Sequence record: MK250028.1 | Reading direction: 5' to 3' (one strand) | DNA: 64,000 nucleotides | In this document: positions 51,701-64,000 of the stretch, in pieces | How positions within the stretch are numbered: position 1 is the first letter of the stretch | How the letters are laid out: each line of letters begins with the position of its first letter | The notes under the pieces: generated by a model | What the model was told of the DNA's origin: nothing | What the model saw: the letters and a program-made list of their open reading frames with translations, nothing else | Database searches by the model: none | Made by a program: the position numbers and the translations under genes

Positions 51701-52882
51701 TCTTGTTCTGAAATTTGCATGATTATCAAAATCAGTTGATGTATAAGAACCTCTTTCTGTAATAGAATCAAAATCAGAAATCCAATTAACTGCGTTTTCA
51801 GAAGTTGTACTCTTTTTAGAATTATCATCCTAATTTGGATCTAATGTATCTATTTTCTTCATCAAACCATTAGAGTAATAAGTCTTTACATTCTTAACAC
51901 TTATAGTTATCTTTGTCTCCGCGTCCTTATGTTCATCATATGCAGTAGCGTATTCATTATCCCATATAGATTCTATATCAAACTCACATGGTCCACATTC
52001 CAATGCATATATAGGAAAATTATTCTAATCAACACTATATACTGCAACTTTATCACCTGTAGATTTATCTAACTTATATCCTGTCTATAATATACGTCTA
52101 TCAAATACATATATAATCATTTTGAAATATCTGTATATATCAGGTAATATCCATCTTTGCCATACATCATCATATGCTGCTTTCCTATACATCTCCAATA
52201 ATGTTCTGATTTTCAAATCAACACCTTCGTAACATTCCAATGTAATCTTTGCATCTTTTAAACGAACACCCTTTGTAGCATCAAATGATGTAAGTTTCTC
52301 TAAACCGGATATTTTCTTAAATAAATAAGGCATACTTCTTTGAATCTCATACAAACCTTTAACGAATGTTTTTATATAAGAAGCTCTCGCATCTTCATTT
52401 CTATTCATTAAATAATTATATGTATTATAATGTTCCTGATTACTCCAATTCTCTGTTCTATCAAAATTCAAAAAATTAAGGTTAAGCAACCCCATTGGAT
52501 ATTGATCATAATCTTCATAATAGATATTATTGAAAAGACTTGTTTTTTGTTGATTTTTTATTGTTTCTGTATCCAAAACAGAACATCCCCAATCACCAAA
52601 CTCAACTTTGAACATAAGTCTTGTCGGATCTTCAAAACCACTACTGAATATTTCCGAATTCATTTCAGTACCGTATTCATTTCCCATATGAAATCTTTTC
52701 ATAATTTCATTCTGTTCCATGAATCTTCCTGATGGTAATGGCCATGTTTCACTATTGGTTACTTTCTCCTCTAATTCATTTGTCTTTGTATCACCAGTAA
52801 GTAATGAATTAAAACCACTTAGGAAATTATATGCTGAATTTGTTCCTTTAACTATATTTTTAACTGCACTAAATAAACTCAT
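48785..52882 (-). CDS. large baseplate/tail-tube-initiator-like protein with a long 14-aa repeat stalk (TAG=Gln), ~1365 aa
   Basis: five listed ORFs share one frame, separated by TAG; N-terminal KITLECYEGVDLKIR...YDDVW resembles the tail-tube/gp48/gp54 fold. Confidence 0.65.
49260..51150 (-). repeat. 42-nt (14-aa) coding tandem repeats, two subtypes
   Basis: MNLD(K/H)xD(Q/M)(N/T)YVxPx (~50340-51150) and DMDMTYLxxxxSLx (~49260-49950). Confidence 0.85.
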
Positions 52883-52897
52883 AATTTAAATATCATT

Positions 52898-54448
52898 TTA
52901 TTTTACTGGTGTAATGAATGGTGTCTTATTAGGATGATTTGGTGTATCTACCAATATCAATTTACTTTCATTTCTTGTTACTGGTGAATACATATCCAAT
53001 TTATAATTATCACCAATTTCATATTCGTTCTCATATAATCTTATATTACACATCTATAAATTATTTCCCATGTTTTCAATAGTAAATTCATTTATAGAAA
53101 AATCAGATATATTCCAATCAATAGTTTTATCAGTCTTAAGCACATCTCCTATAACTTTATCATCTATTTCCTTTGGTGAACTTATAACTATTCTCGTTTT
53201 ATCTGGTGATATATCCAACATTATATAAGACCATATATCAAACTCAAAATTAACAGGTATATGTTTAGATTTATTACCGATCTATATTTGTAATTCATTC
53301 TATCTTATAAGAACGTCAAACTATATTTTATTATCTTCATCATATCCTCTGATTAATTTATAAATATTAGTCTTATAAATTTTAAGAAACTATGAATTCT
53401 CATACCATTTTGTTAATTTTTTATTTGCTTTAGTCATATCAGATGATTTAATAGCTATACCTAATGAGTCAACACATTCATCTAACTCAACAACGATACC
53501 ATTAACTTTTATTAATGAGCCTCTTGTTATTGTTATATTATCACCTAATTCCAACTATAATGTTGTCGATACTCTGAAATACCAATAATTAGAATCTTTT
53601 GAATAATATACCAATCGAATAACCTAACTATCTAATATATAGCTTGCAAGATTAACCCAACATGAATATATAAGATGATTTCTTCCTGAATTAATTTCAT
53701 ATATTAAATCATCATGATATGTAATATTCTTTGTTGCAATAGAAAAATCATAATATGCATTAGATATAAGATTTCCATTAGAACCAAATATTTGATTTGA
53801 AATAATAGATTCTATATCACAGTCTTTCTAAGGATCAACATATGTAGTATTATTATAAGATGTTTCAATAGGTGCATCAACATCTGCAACTTCTTGTGAT
53901 ATTGTATCTCCAAACAATTCTTCCTATGATGTTGTAAGTTCTTCTACAGAATCTCGGAATTCCTATGTTTCTTGTCTGGAAGCAGATGGACTATATTTAG
54001 ATAATATGACTTTATAATATGTTGGAAGTGCTGCTATTGTATAAATTAATTCAGAAGACTATACTTCAAACAATTTGTGATATATCTATACATAAACAAT
54101 ATCTCCTTTCTACGGCATTGTATTTACACCAAACATACTTTGCCATTCCTATATTGTTATATTAATTTCCAATGGCTAAACATAATTTAACCCATAAAGA
54201 TCTATAGTATATTCACCAGGATTATAATCAGCGTTAGAAACAATAACTTTAATAGTTTTAGGACATTCCAATCCAACCTATGTTAATGTATATTCCTAAA
54301 GAACAACATCTTCAGAATTGATAACAGGTGTTGCTCTTGCCCACAAACAGTCAGTTCCAACAGTCTCTGTTGCTGACTGTTGGATCTCCTTAACTGTTTC
54401 ATATGCTGATTTTATAATCTCATTAATATCAATTCCTAAACCTGCCAT
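52898..54448 (-). CDS. neck/head-completion protein, T4 gp14-like, with C-terminal extension (TAG=Gln)
   Basis: PQKGDIVYVQIYHKLFEV...YYKVILSKY resembles gp14; open under code 15. Confidence 0.6.
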
Positions 54449-56145
54449 TAGTTATTTAATGTTTCATTTATTTTTGTTTCTATCTATGATATTTCATCGC
54501 ATATCTTAGATAAATCATCTATTTGTGATTTTATATTATCCCTTGTATTTTTTAATATATTAACTTGATAAGAACTCATTTGTTTTGTATTTGAATAATC
54601 TTTCTTAAATGTTGCAATATTAACCTAAATTTTCCCATATGATATTAATGAAGATTTTAAAACTTTTGAATATACACCATATAATGTCATTAAAATTTTA
54701 AATTTATCTCTATCTGTTCTTATAACTTTCTTTATCTCAGAACATAATACCTAACCGGTTTTTGTATATGCTTGTAACTATGGTAATATTTTTTTCAAAT
54801 CATCATTAAAATTAGAAATTCCTATCATCGAACGGTTTTTTGCAATTAATGCTTTATATCTCTTTATATTGTTTTCTGCTATTTTATTACAATATTCATC
54901 ATCACCATATAAATCGTTATAATCATACTCTGATAATTTAACGCCATAATTAAAATATCTATTCTAATCGCCATTCGCATATGGTTTATATTTACCAAAT
55001 AAATCTTTTACCCATTTATATGTCTATCTATTATCAAATGCTTCCCTCTAATCATTCTTACGTTTATTAAAACCATTTTCTGTTTTATAATCATTATAAC
55101 TTTTTACTGTTGAATCCGGTAATGTATAATGTTTATCATTAGTTGATCTATATGTAGATACAACAGAACCATTAAAATCCTTATGGACTTCTTCTGGATA
55201 ATAAATTATTACATAATCATTTAAAGAGGAACCCCAACCTGTACACTTTGATAAATTACTTGCTTTTGATGTTACAGCTCCGACAGTTTTTAATTTCATT
55301 TTACCATTATGCTAATTTAAATAAAGATACTTATCAACAAAATCAATACCTACTAAATCTCGTTTATCTCCAATAAATGACATACGTGCAATAGTAGGAA
55401 ATTTTAATTCAGTACCATCATTTAAAGGCATGGTTAATGTATTTACAATAAGATTATCTTTCTTAACAGCATTTTCTATTCTATCTTTAGATATATCATC
55501 ATTCAAGTACCAACGTCTACCTGTTGTCGCAGTAACTAAAGGATTATCATTATCTATTGCAAATAGTTTTAATGTATTATTACAGCTTACAACTAATATT
55601 TCTCCTTCTTCATTAAACCAAAAACAAAGGTTATCTTTAGATGCTTTATTTACTTTTTCTTTAAGATTTTTATCTTTTTTAATTTCCTATAATGTATATT
55701 TTTCAAAATGTTCATCAGTAAGATTAAATAAATCCATTCTATATTTTGTGAAATAACCATATGTGGCATCAGAAAATGCAATACTTGGGATCAACTATGG
55801 ATCTGGTTTTATAAATAGTTTTGTTGTATAATTTACATATTGGTTAAACAATTCCATATATTTTTTATGTAAAGCGCGTTTATCATCATCTGAAACTATA
55901 CAATCACCTTTATAATAAACACTATCTTTAACTTTATTATTCCATGAATTAAATGTATTCTCTATAATAGATTTTAATTCGTTATAATACTATTTTGCTT
56001 TATAATACATTGTACCTGGATAATACATCTTATAATAAATAAACATTCCTCCTTTATCATTTAGAATATCATTAACTAATATATCAGACTGAAGTTTCTC
56101 GGTAAGATATTTTTCTGTTATATATTTCTTTAAACTAAATTGCAT
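54448..56145 (-). CDS. hypothetical late protein (TAG=Gln)
   Basis: in frame with the listed ORFs 55506 and 55299, ends TAA overlapping the next ATG (TAATG); N-terminal YITEKYLTE. Confidence 0.7.
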
Positions 56146-56241
56146 AATAATCCTATTTAATATTCTATTTTAATTATTTATTTTGATAATTTGATATATT
56201 GCGAAATAAATAATAAAACCAATATTTTTATTAATACGGAT

Positions 56242-58863
56242 ATGGGTAGTTTAAATTAGAATAGTATAGCAGATCAATATAAAAATCCTTTAAAAAAATA
56301 CGGTATAGATATATCGAATGAGAATTTGGATGATGTTATTTCAAAAATGACATCATTAACTGACTCATCTTTATACTCATAGCAAAACAGTCCATTATAT
56401 GGTGTATTTAAAAATGTGCTTGATACTTCTGCAAAGCAAGCTGATGCATTTGAACCGGGTGGATCAATAAATGATGAAATTACTAGTTACCGAGCATGGG
56501 ATCCTAGACTTCATAGAGTGGACGGATTTGTATCTAGGTCTGCGACAAGCGATGATCACCCAACAGTTGTTCCTTTCGCTTCAGAAACAGCAGCAGGAGC
56601 ATTTTATGATATGGTATTTACAATAGAAAAAGGTATCGGTGACAAAATGTCTGAAACTACTGTATATAAAGAAGGAACAAATACTAAAGATTCAAATGAC
56701 AATGAAAAAACATCATCAGATAATACGTTTTATACAGTAGATAAAAATAGTGGTGAAACTATTACAGATGTAAATAAATCAACAAAAAATTTTTATTTAC
56801 CTAATAAAACAGGTAGTAATGGAGTAAATGCAGACACAATAAAAAGTTAGATTTTAAATGACGGAGATTCTTATGGTGTGGCTTCTATTGTTAATCCGTA
56901 TACATTAACAAAATTATGTGGAGGCCTTGTAAAAGTCAAAGGAAATAATGATGAAAAAGGTAATAATGCAATAGAAGTAGAAAATCACATGTATGATATT
57001 AGAGATTCCCGAAGATTTTATGGTAATGTAATTGAAGGTGAAAATAATACAGATTTTTTAACCGTTACAAATCCTACGACGACTAATATAATAACATGGA
57101 GCAATTAGGATAGATGGGGACGAACACCATATTATTTTTAGGATTTTGTTTTTTGTAAATATTGGAATATTATACCTAATAACCGTTTAATAACATTAAG
57201 AAAGTATCATGCACCTGTATATGATAATCTTCAATTTTCAAATATGTTTGATAACAAAAAAACACATCCGTTTGCACCTATTGCTACAGTTGTAACATAC
57301 TTTGGAGATGATACTGGCAATACATTATCATCATTATTTGGTTTTACCGCCGGTACAAAATGGAGAGAATTAAAATCAGATGTACATGATGTTCAAGGAG
57401 ATTCTGGTACAGATCCACATGCAGTTATTGATAACATGTTCACAGGCGGTGGCGGATTTTCTACCGGTGAATCTAATATAATGCAACAAGTTATTGGTGG
57501 TGCAAATATGCTTACTGGTAAAATGTTTTCATTAGGTAAATTTGTCGGGTTATTAAGTCCAAATGGATATAACATGGGTAAGGATTAGGCAGTATTTGAT
57601 AAAATCTCATAGGCGAATGTGGATCCATCAGAACAAATATATGCAAATAAAATTAAAGGTCCTGTTAATAGAATTGAAACAACTAAAGCAAGAGATGCCG
57701 GTATTGTATTTGATTAGAAATTTAGTTTAACTTGTCAATATGTAGCAAGACCTATTGGTGGTGTTAATACAAAAGCAGCAATGCTTGATATATTATCAAA
57801 CTGCATGGAAATGGCATCTGCTGATGCAGTATTTTGGGGTGGTGGATATAGATTTAATATTAAGCCTCACATGTATCCATTTAAAAATACAGCATTTAAA
57901 AATAGAATAATGGATGATTTATATGCTGGTCGTATATTTGGTAAAGATGGAGCATTATCACATACAGTAGAAGGTATAAAATCATTTGGTACAGATGCAT
58001 CCGGTAATTTCTCTTGGAGTGAAATCGGTAAACATTTAAGTGAATATCTTGGTGAGACTTTAGGTGCATTAGGTGAAATGTTCAATACATTACAGAATAT
58101 GGTTTTTGGTTCAGGCGGTAGTTCAATTGGAGACTGGTTAAAAGGTAAAGGAAATGATATTGGAGGCGATAGTAGCACAGCTGGTGATAATGGGGCGAAA
58201 AAACTTAATAGCTTAGGTAAAAATCTTAATATGATGTGGCGATCAAAAGTTATACAAGCATCAACAATGCCATCCATTACCGGTATGCGTGCATTATTAA
58301 CAGGTGAAGCAGTTGGAAACTGGCATTTAACAGTAGGTAATCCTCTAAATCCTATTATGGTAATTGGTAATCTTATCTGTACAGATATGAAAGTAGAAGT
58401 CGGAGAAGAATTAGGTCCTGATGATTTTCCAACAGAATTAAAAGTTGTATATACGTTAGAACATGGTATGCCACGTGATAAATCTGGTATACAATCTATG
58501 TTTAATAGAGGTGGTGGTCGTATATATTAGTTACCTGACTGGATTAGAGCATCTTCTGATTATGAAACAAAAGTTGATAACTATACGGGTGGAAGTAACT
58601 TCTATCAACCTTCATATATGAGTTCGTCAAAACTTATGGCAATATCTGGTGCTCATGGATACTAGACCTTTAAATATGATAAAGGTAAAACACCTGATAT
58701 AAATGCACATACATCAAATGTTGTTATAGCTAAATTCACACCGCCTGATGTAGATGCAGCTATCAGTAATATAGTTGATAAATCTTCATCATTCTTTGGT
58801 TCTAATAATTCATCTAGAGCATGGATTAGAGGTACAACAGCTACAAGAAAACTTATGAATTAA
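56242..58863 (+). CDS. baseplate/tail-tube-cap-like structural protein (TAG=Gln), ~873 aa
   Basis: joins four listed ORFs; conserved-looking GNWHLTVGNPLNPIMVIGNLIC...GPDDFPTELKV. Confidence 0.6.
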
Positions 58864-58868
58864 TTAAA

Positions 58869-59603
58869 ATGTTTGTATATACAATAGATAAAAAACCAGA
58901 AATTACAGATTCAAAAGGAAATACGATTGTTGATTTTATTAAACCATTATTTAATAATGAATCAACCGGTGTTGCAGATTATCAGATTATGCGTGTAGAT
59001 GCTGAAAAATACCAAATGCGTCCAGATCTCATATCAATGGCAATGTATGGTGATATTGATGAAGCAGAATATATATTAAAATTCTCTGGTATATCAAATC
59101 CTTTTTCATTAGATAAAGATGATATATTAAAAATTCCTAATGATTAGGAAGTATATGGTATGATGGCGGTTAATTCACCAGATGAAGATACCACAAATAC
59201 TGTAGATACTGCAGCTGAAATACGTCATAATTTTAAATATTATGATCCAGAATTAAATCCATATAATAAAGATGGTCAATCATATAGAGATTTGGAAAAT
59301 AAGAAAATACCATCTGGAATTATTGATAAAGGTAAAATTGTCAATAAAACAGGTAATATCATGGTACCATATATATCAGAAGATGGACGAACTGCAGTTA
59401 CTATCCGAAATGGTAAAGTATATTTTGGTGAAGATAGTGGTTTAAATATAGCATCATCTGAAAAAATATCACAGGTCGCGAACATTACATCAACCATATA
59501 GAATGCAATAAATAATACAATGACAAAATTATCAGATTCAAACTGTTTATATAATGGTTCGAACTTAGCAGATTTTGTAAGAACAAATTTTAATAATAAC
59601 TGA
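58869..59603 (+). CDS. baseplate wedge protein, T4 gp53-like (TAG=Gln)
   Basis: RPDLISMAMYGD...ILKFSGISNPFSLDKDDILKIP LysM-like gp53 motif. Confidence 0.75.
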
Positions 59604-59610
59604 TTGAAAT

Positions 59611-62600
59611 ATGAATACAAAATATCCTTTAAATGGTAGACTGGCAACATTAGCAGATTTGGTACATGAATACGGTCCAAATTCTGGATGGCCTAGTAAT
59701 AAAACATATGATCTTTTAACATTAAATGCAGATGACACATAGCCATTTTAGACTTTAATTTTTAAATCTACATTAGATTCTAATAATAAATTTTAGGCGG
59801 AAATACCATATGAAATTGTATATTTTGATGATGTATATTCTAAAAATCAAAAAGATAATAATGGGAAAAATATGAGGCTTATATAGAGAAATGACAGCTC
59901 TGTATTTTATAATAATGAAGAATATACTACTTATGGTTAGTTAAGTCCATCATCATATATAATTGCAAATATTGTTTCAAATCCTACTAAAATTAAAAAT
60001 GGTTATTTTGGATTCAAATTTATTGGCGCTAATATAGATAAGCAATCACTCAATTATTAGCAATATTATTATAATTATAAGACATCTGATGGAGAAGCTA
60101 CTGTTATGTATGCGCTTAGAAATATATTATATATATTAAAAAAGTCAAGTAAGACGAACGATAATTAGAAAAAACATTTTATTAATAGTATTTTTTCAGA
60201 TTATACTGAATTAAAAAATTCAGACTATTATAAGAATGAGGAAAATAAACCTATAATGGTAGATGTTCTAAAAGATATATTAGATAATACAGATAAAGAA
60301 TTTTCATCATGGCAATTAGATACAGATGCATATAAATATTTAGGTGATGCTATATGGACTTCAAAACATATATATTATAAAAATTATACAAGTGAAAAAG
60401 ATAGTACAAAAAATGAATATGAACAAAATATTGTAAAAAAAGCTCGAGCTGCTAAATATTTTACTAATGCCATTGTTAAATTCAATAATTTAAATAATAC
60501 TATACGTACTATATTAGATATTAATACTACGCAAAAAAATAACTATTATTCATATAATAGTATATTTGATGATTCATTATATAGGAGATTATTATATTTT
60601 TTTGACTTATTTTTAAATTCATAGCGTTTTTTTATAAGTTTTGTAACATCATTTAGATTTTCAAAAATTTCGAATTATTCATATTTATAGAAAGATCCAG
60701 TTTTAAGGTGTGATTTGGGTGTAATGCAGTTATATGAATATATTATAATATAGAATGCTGTACATGATTGGCAAACAGCATTGCCCGCTGGTGAAATAAC
60801 ATATAATACATCTATAAATATTATTATACAATATAAAGTAAAATATAAAAATTTAACGCAACTTAGTAATATAATAACAACAACATTAGGACCTATTACA
60901 TTTGATGATATTAGAAAATATAGAACACCTACTGTTAAAGATACAAATGGAAATAATGTTGAAAATGATATATGGTATGCATTAAAGACATACCCAAAGA
61001 ATAGTAGTACGTTACCTAATGAAATAAATCCTAATTTACATGGTAATTCTATTACACCAGGATTATATAGTACAAATACTATTCTATATGGAACATCGTT
61101 TTTCCCAGCTTTACCTCATAAAGATTTTGAAAATAATAATGATTATAATATTAGTAAAGTAAATTATTCATTAGGACTATTAAGATGGCCCGTTGGTGAA
61201 AACTTAACATTGTTATCATTAGATGATGTAAAGAATTCAATGAATAATCCTAATTTCATTAGTCCTATAACAAATCAAAAAAACTATGCAGATACAAGTG
61301 ACGAAACATTATTTGGTGAAAATGATCCTAATGATATTATTAAAAAAAGTGGCATAGCTCCATTTGGTGTATTACGTATACATACTTCATTAGATACATC
61401 AGACGAAAATAAATATGGTTCATCTATCTATTTTGATATAAAATTATATAGATGTAAAAATTATTATTATATATCTACGGAGAATGCTGATAGTGACGAT
61501 GCAAATGTTTATGCATATTTTATGCCAAAGTATACAGATACAACGCCTTATATATCATTACCAATAATTAAATTAAAAAATGATGAAGACAATAGTATAA
61601 ATAATATTATCACCGAATTAGATAAAAAATTTAAGGATGGATATATTTACTCAATACCATCTCATACAATTATTACATATTTTACAATTCAAAGTGGAAC
61701 TGCAAAAACAATAATATATGCATCTGGTAGAACTGATACTCAAAATAATCTCGGTTCTGATACATATACAAATAAAAATTAGATTACGTTCTATTATTAT
61801 GTAGAAGATAGCAATGAATGGGTACAAGTAACTGGCGATTATATAAATATTAATTCAAATCCATCTGGAAATAATATAAGTAAACAATATGAAATAACTT
61901 TTAATTTATCACAAAATTATCATCAATATTGGCGATTTACATTAAATAATATAAATTAGTATTATTATTTTAGATGTAATTATTATGATAAACCAAAAGA
62001 TAACACATCATTTATAAATATGACTATACATCATCTTTTTGTATCTGATGAGTCTTTAATATAGGGAATGATAGAATATCAATTAGGTATGAGAAACCAA
62101 CAGGATAAATCTACAAATCAAATATCATTAAAATATGCAGTATATAATACAATTACTGATATTAGAAATGATAATGAAAAACCTAATGATAAGTCATCAT
62201 TATCAATTATAGAACATGCAATTAATAACGCTGAACAATAGAATGTTATTATATGTATTGATAAAATAATATACATAGAACCTATTGCTTTTAAATCAAC
62301 AGAACGATATGTATCAGAAAAATTTTATGGAAATATATATAGTCCGTTCCATGTAGCATATGAAACAAAATCATTTGATGGTATCTCAGAGTTTAATATA
62401 CAAAAACAAATATATGGATATAATTTTAATTCATGTGCATTATTTGATAAAACTTCAGACTCGCGTGTAAAAATAGAAAAACTATATAAAAAAGAAAGTG
62501 TAAATGTATATTTAGCATTTGAACCTATTTATATAATTAATAATGGTAATACATTTAAAGACAATAATGCAAAAGATGAAGATATTATAAATGAGTATTC

Positions 62601-63627
62601 TACTTATTTTAATACATGTTCAATAACAAATATAAAATTAAGCAATAATGGTACAGAACAAACTATTAACAAGAATTCTGGTAATTCAAACAATAATTTT
62701 ATTAAAAGTATATTTTCTAAATCTGTATATATTGACGCAACATCAATATGTATAAGTGTTACAAGTAATAAAACAGAACCAATTTCTTCACTTATATATG
62801 ATACAACCGATGGTTTAATAAACACCTATTTGTTCGATTTTGATATAAAATATTACAAATATAAAAATAATACAGAGAAATTTGAAGAAACAAATAGTGT
62901 AAATGTAACAAATAAAATATAGTTAATGTAGCTAAATAATACATTAAGAAATATATAGTTGAATGGTGATGAGTAGTATTTAATAAATATTGTTCTTAAA
63001 AAATTCAAGGAAAGATTAAAACATTTTACTATAACTGTAAGTTCAGACGTTCCAGCATTAAATGGTTCATGTCAAATACAAATAAAAACACTTCCTAATG
63101 AATATGAAGAAGGTATTATATCAGAAAATGATACATATCAAAATACTATACAAGTTCCAGAAAATACACAAATACATGTGAAAAATACATATAATTGGGA
63201 TGAGTATAAAACATATAAATTCCATGGGTTTTCTGTTAATAGTGTAGATAAAGGTAAAGAATTTAATTTAACTGTAACAGAGAATATATAGATATATATG
63301 TTTATAGAATACGATGGTGGTAATTCTGGTGGTAATTCTGATTCAGGTAGTATTCCTGGTAATGTTACAATTACAGAAGAATCGAATAAAAATGGTAAAA
63401 TTATATTAACATTATCTATTTCATCCTCTGATCAAAATACTTTAATTAGATATGTTACATCAACTTCAAATGTAGAACTAACACCAACATTATCAAATAC
63501 AAGTATATATTCAGATTAGCAGAAGTTAGAATTTAATAACGATATAACAATAGCAGCATGTGGTTATAATGCATCAAATTATAAATGGGGTCCAAAGAAC
63601 TAGAAACACTTTACATTAAATGAATAA
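59611..63627 (+). CDS. very large virion/tail-associated protein with C-terminal Fn3-associated-like domain (TAG=Gln), ~1338 aa
   Basis: no TAA/TGA in frame over about 4 kb; C-terminal LTLSISSSDQNTLIRYVT...ITIAACGY. Confidence 0.7.
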
Positions 63628-63633
63628 AATATA

Positions 63634-63668
63634 AAAAATCCAAACAACTAGAAATTGTTTGGATTTTT
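63634..63668. terminator. bidirectional intrinsic terminator
   Basis: AAAAATCCAAACAA/TTGTTTGGATTTTT. Confidence 0.75.
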
Positions 63669-63726
63669 ATATTATAAAAATAATTTATAAAGTTAACAGT
63701 GGAATATTTCTTATATTTAAAAACAT

Positions 63727-64000
63727 TTAATCAATGCCTAATTTAATACGATTTGAAATAAGATTCCATACCGTATTGGTAATAAAGTTTTCCTTTAGTT
63801 TCTTACCAACAGCAGGTTCAATATCTGACTTAAATGTTTCTACTACATATTTACCATTACCAGTTCTGAAAGCCTCAGTAATAGCTACAAGATTTTTCTT
63901 AGTTTGTTTCTCTATATAAAGACGAATATCTTCCTTAGTAGAGTTAGCACTAAGAGTAATCATATTTTCATTTAAAAGTTTGATGCCTGCCTTGTTAATA
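63727..64000 (-). CDS. 3' end of a gene starting beyond the window
   Basis: frame stays open to the window edge (INKAGIKLLNENMITLSAN...). Confidence 0.6.
   Translation of the reverse strand, partial: INKAGIKLLNENMITLSANSTKEDIRLYIEKQTKKNLVAITEAFRTGNGKYVVETFKSDIEPAVGKKLKENFITNTVWNLISNRIKLGID

Noticed and set aside
400-56212. ATAAATA as a firmly called late promoter at each site
   Set aside because: It does precede many TAG-rich genes (e.g. 16485, 17345, 20472, 29142, 39981, 56206) but is too frequent by chance in this AT-rich DNA to call individually without enrichment statistics
16516-64000. Late genes as fragmented pseudogenes
   Set aside because: All traced interruptions are TAG in a single frame, conserved motifs continue across them, and the genes end at TAA/TGA; recoding explains this better than decay
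1-64000. Suppressor tRNA(CUA) or further tRNAs in this window
   Set aside because: The only convincing T-arm (GGTTCGAATCC) belongs to tRNA-Leu; other GTTCGA hits lie inside coding genes. A manual scan could miss degenerate cases

Overview
A very AT-rich 64 kb segment of a T4-like (myovirus) jumbo/megaphage that most likely infects Bacteroidales; the features fit a Lak-like Prevotella megaphage, which is an inference. The phage appears to use genetic code 15 (TAG = Gln). Many ORFs broken in the supplied code-11 track become long continuous genes when TAG is read through. The window alternates between nearly TAG-free early/accessory blocks (1-16.4 kb and 30.7-48.7 kb) and TAG-rich late blocks (16.5-30.7 kb and 48.8-64 kb). 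The early blocks carry an NAD-dependent DNA ligase, NADAR, endonuclease V, a candidate 2H phosphoesterase, a gap-truncated CorA, YqeY, a class II aldolase-like protein, a PspA-like/OmpA-SBP/ABC module and release factor 2. The late blocks carry gp13- and gp14-like neck proteins, terminase, an amidase endolysin and baseplate-like proteins. The most striking observations are: (1) a single tRNA-Leu(UAA) split into three exons by two ORF-less group I introns, one in the D-loop and one in the anticodon, flanking a 15-nt micro-exon; (2) a homing-endonuclease cassette that appears to have swapped the 3' half of an ABC ATPase gene and left the displaced half downstream; (3) a promoter- and terminator-bounded multi-hairpin ncRNA candidate. 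All coordinates and translations were derived by hand; several N gaps limit what can be read.
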